Of a stretch of DNA of 39,019 nt, positions 37,652-39,019 are shown piece by piece. Origin of the DNA: Candidatus Krumholzibacteriia bacterium (lineage in GTDB: Bacteria; Krumholzibacteriota; Krumholzibacteriia; WVZY01); NCBI GenBank assembly GCA_046754105.1, contig JBHHVD010000023.1:1-39019 (forward strand). Direction: 5' to 3'. The position numbers and the translations under genes were made by a program. Each line of letters opens with the position of its first letter. The first letter of the stretch is position 1. The notes under the pieces are model-generated. The model ran no database searches, had not been told where the DNA came from, and saw only the letters and a list, made by a program, of their open reading frames with translations.

Positions 37652-38359
37652 TTACTCGTATAGCGCCTTGATGGAACCCCATGTCAACTCTTCCACCGGA
37701 ATCGTACAGCCGGCTATCGTCATCGTAATGCTGGTAACGCTTCCCCAGCTCCCGAATGTCCGCGTCGCCAGGCAGCTGTTCGGGTCCAGAAATCCCGGGT
37801 ACCCGGGGGGCACGGGGCCCGTATCTGTAGAGCCGAACTGGGCCAGGTTCGTGATCGCAAACGTGACGCACGCGTCATCGAACCCGACGAACGTCGCCGA
37901 AATCTGGGTGTTCGAGATCACGGACACAACCTGATGACTCTGAAAGCTCACCGTCGTGATGGTGACGAAGGATGTAAACAGGGCCGTATAGGACGGCTCC
38001 AGATTCCCCCAGGGGCCGGTGCCGGATAGCTCCAGCGACCCGCCGGTCCAAGTTATGCGGTAGGTTTCCTGGCCGTTGCCGTTTACGTCTACCGTGGAAA
38101 ACAGCAGCACGGGCGTCGCGGAAACGGAAGGGCACGTCATCTGCCACTGCGTCCCGAGCGTCGCGCCGTCCCAGGATTGTTTGTTGAGTGTGTTGTCTAC
38201 CTGGAGCATGCCGCCGGCCGTAGCCCACGACTCGGCGTAACGGCCGGTCAGGATGGCACCACCTAAATCTGTCGAGGTATACGATCCATTCAAAGGCGGG
38301 CCGGCGAGTGCCGGAGAACATAGACCAAGGCAGACGACAACCAGAACCAGTATTCTCAT
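37652..38359 (-). CDS. Secreted Gly/Thr-rich beta protein with C-terminal TWGxIK motif (paralog 2)
   Basis: Signal MRILVLVVVCLGLCSPALA. Colinear similarity to paralog 1 (PLxGxYxSTDLGG..GRYxESW, LSGTGPWxNxEPxYT). Ends CTIPVEELTWGSIKALYE. Confidence 0.88.
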   Translation of the reverse strand: MRILVLVVVCLGLCSPALAGPPLNGSYTSTDLGGAILTGRYAESWATAGGMLQVDNTLNKQSWDGATLGTQWQMTCPSVSATPVLLFSTVDVNGNGQETYRITWTGGSLELSGTGPWGNLEPSYTALFTSFVTITTVSFQSHQVVSVISNTQISATFVGFDDACVTFAITNLAQFGSTDTGPVPPGYPGFLDPNSCLATRTFGSWGSVTSITMTIAGCTIPVEELTWGSIKALYE

Positions 38360-38458
38360 AGCTCCCCCTCACGATTGTACGGGTCGCGTGCTGGTCGCTC
38401 TCGTCTCGGGCGTGGCCCCGATCGGAGGTGCTAAGCACCTATTCTGATGGCGCCGGGG

Positions 38459-38487
38459 ATTATACCAGTCCCCGGGCCAGAATTCAA
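38459..38487 (-). promoter_or_regulatory. Near-consensus sigma70 promoter for the TWGxIK paralog pair
   Basis: Minus strand TTGAAT - 17 bp - TATAAT with extended -10 TG. Confidence 0.7.
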
Positions 38488-38549
38488 CGCCCCTTTGTGC
38501 ATCCGTGAAGAAATCCGCGTTATGCGCGTAACGCCTGCTCTCCCCAACG

Positions 38550-38963
38550 CTATCCGCCTGGGGACCGGTACACGTCGTAGGCGTCTTCCGGTAATGCGTT
38601 GTCGTGGACGACTTTGCGCACAGCCTGGATCATGGCGGAGGGTGAAGCGGACTGAAAGATGTTGCGGCCCATGTCGACGCCCGCCGCGCCTTGCTGCACC
38701 GCGCTGTGGGCCATCTTCAGGGCGTCCAGTTCGGGAAGCTTCTTGCCGCCGGCGATCACGATGGGCACCGGGCAAGACGCCGTCACCGTGTCGAATCCCT
38801 CGGCGACGTAATACGTCTTCACGTACGTAGCGCCCAGTTCGGCGCAGATCCGGGTCGCCAAACGCATGTACTTGGCGTCGCGGGCCATGTCCTTGCCGAC
38901 GGCCGTTACAGCCAGCACCGGAATACCGTAGCGGTTGCCGAGATCTACCAGGCGCGTCATGTT
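38550..38963 (-). CDS. lsrF: C-terminal half of an LsrF-like class I aldolase-fold protein, 5' part missing or interrupted
   Basis: [71 protein letters not shown]. Similarity is lost upstream of about 38963. Confidence 0.8.
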   Translation of the reverse strand, partial: NMTRLVDLGNRYGIPVLAVTAVGKDMARDAKYMRLATRICAELGATYVKTYYVAEGFDTVTASCPVPIVIAGGKKLPELDALKMAHSAVQQGAAGVDMGRNIFQSASPSAMIQAVRKVVHDNALPEDAYDVYRSPGG

Positions 38964-39019
38964 ACCCTGAATCACATTTTCAATATGTAACAGAGCGTCG
39001 AAAATCATAGAGCCGTATT

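Overview
GC-rich bacterial chromosome segment. The FlgD-Ig/T9SS-type CTD, the C-terminal TWGxIK proteins and the Ser/Thr kinase-TPR suggest an uncultured FCB-group lineage such as Krumholzibacteriota, Latescibacterota or Eisenbacteria (inference). Main blocks: (1) 1-6855 (-): a five-gene putative trans-envelope electron conduit encoding a membrane-anchored Fe-S/FAD oxidoreductase, a His-rich cytochrome b-like membrane protein, 17-heme and 19-heme c cytochromes, and a beta-barrel missing from the ORF track, preceded by an FNR-like palindrome. (2) A SAM methyltransferase, an ArnT-like remnant and an M28 peptidase with FlgD-Ig CTD. (3) 12355-19251 (+): a Cys-less thiolase-fold protein, DUF35, GT4 and a split B12 methionine-synthase-like set (corrinoid protein, homocysteine methyltransferase, activation domain) paired with a non-pyrrolysine MttB instead of a methyl-THF domain. 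(4) A GT-C glycosyltransferase, Wzi and a Ser/Thr kinase-TPR. (5) phoB-phoR-porin-pstSCAB-phoU with visible Pho boxes, then purF. (6) Three secreted proteins sharing the C-terminal motif Cx[IV]PVExx[ST]WGxIKx[LI]YE, a candidate sorting signal, and an lsrF-like gene that appears interrupted near the window end. No rRNA, tRNA or CRISPR array was seen.
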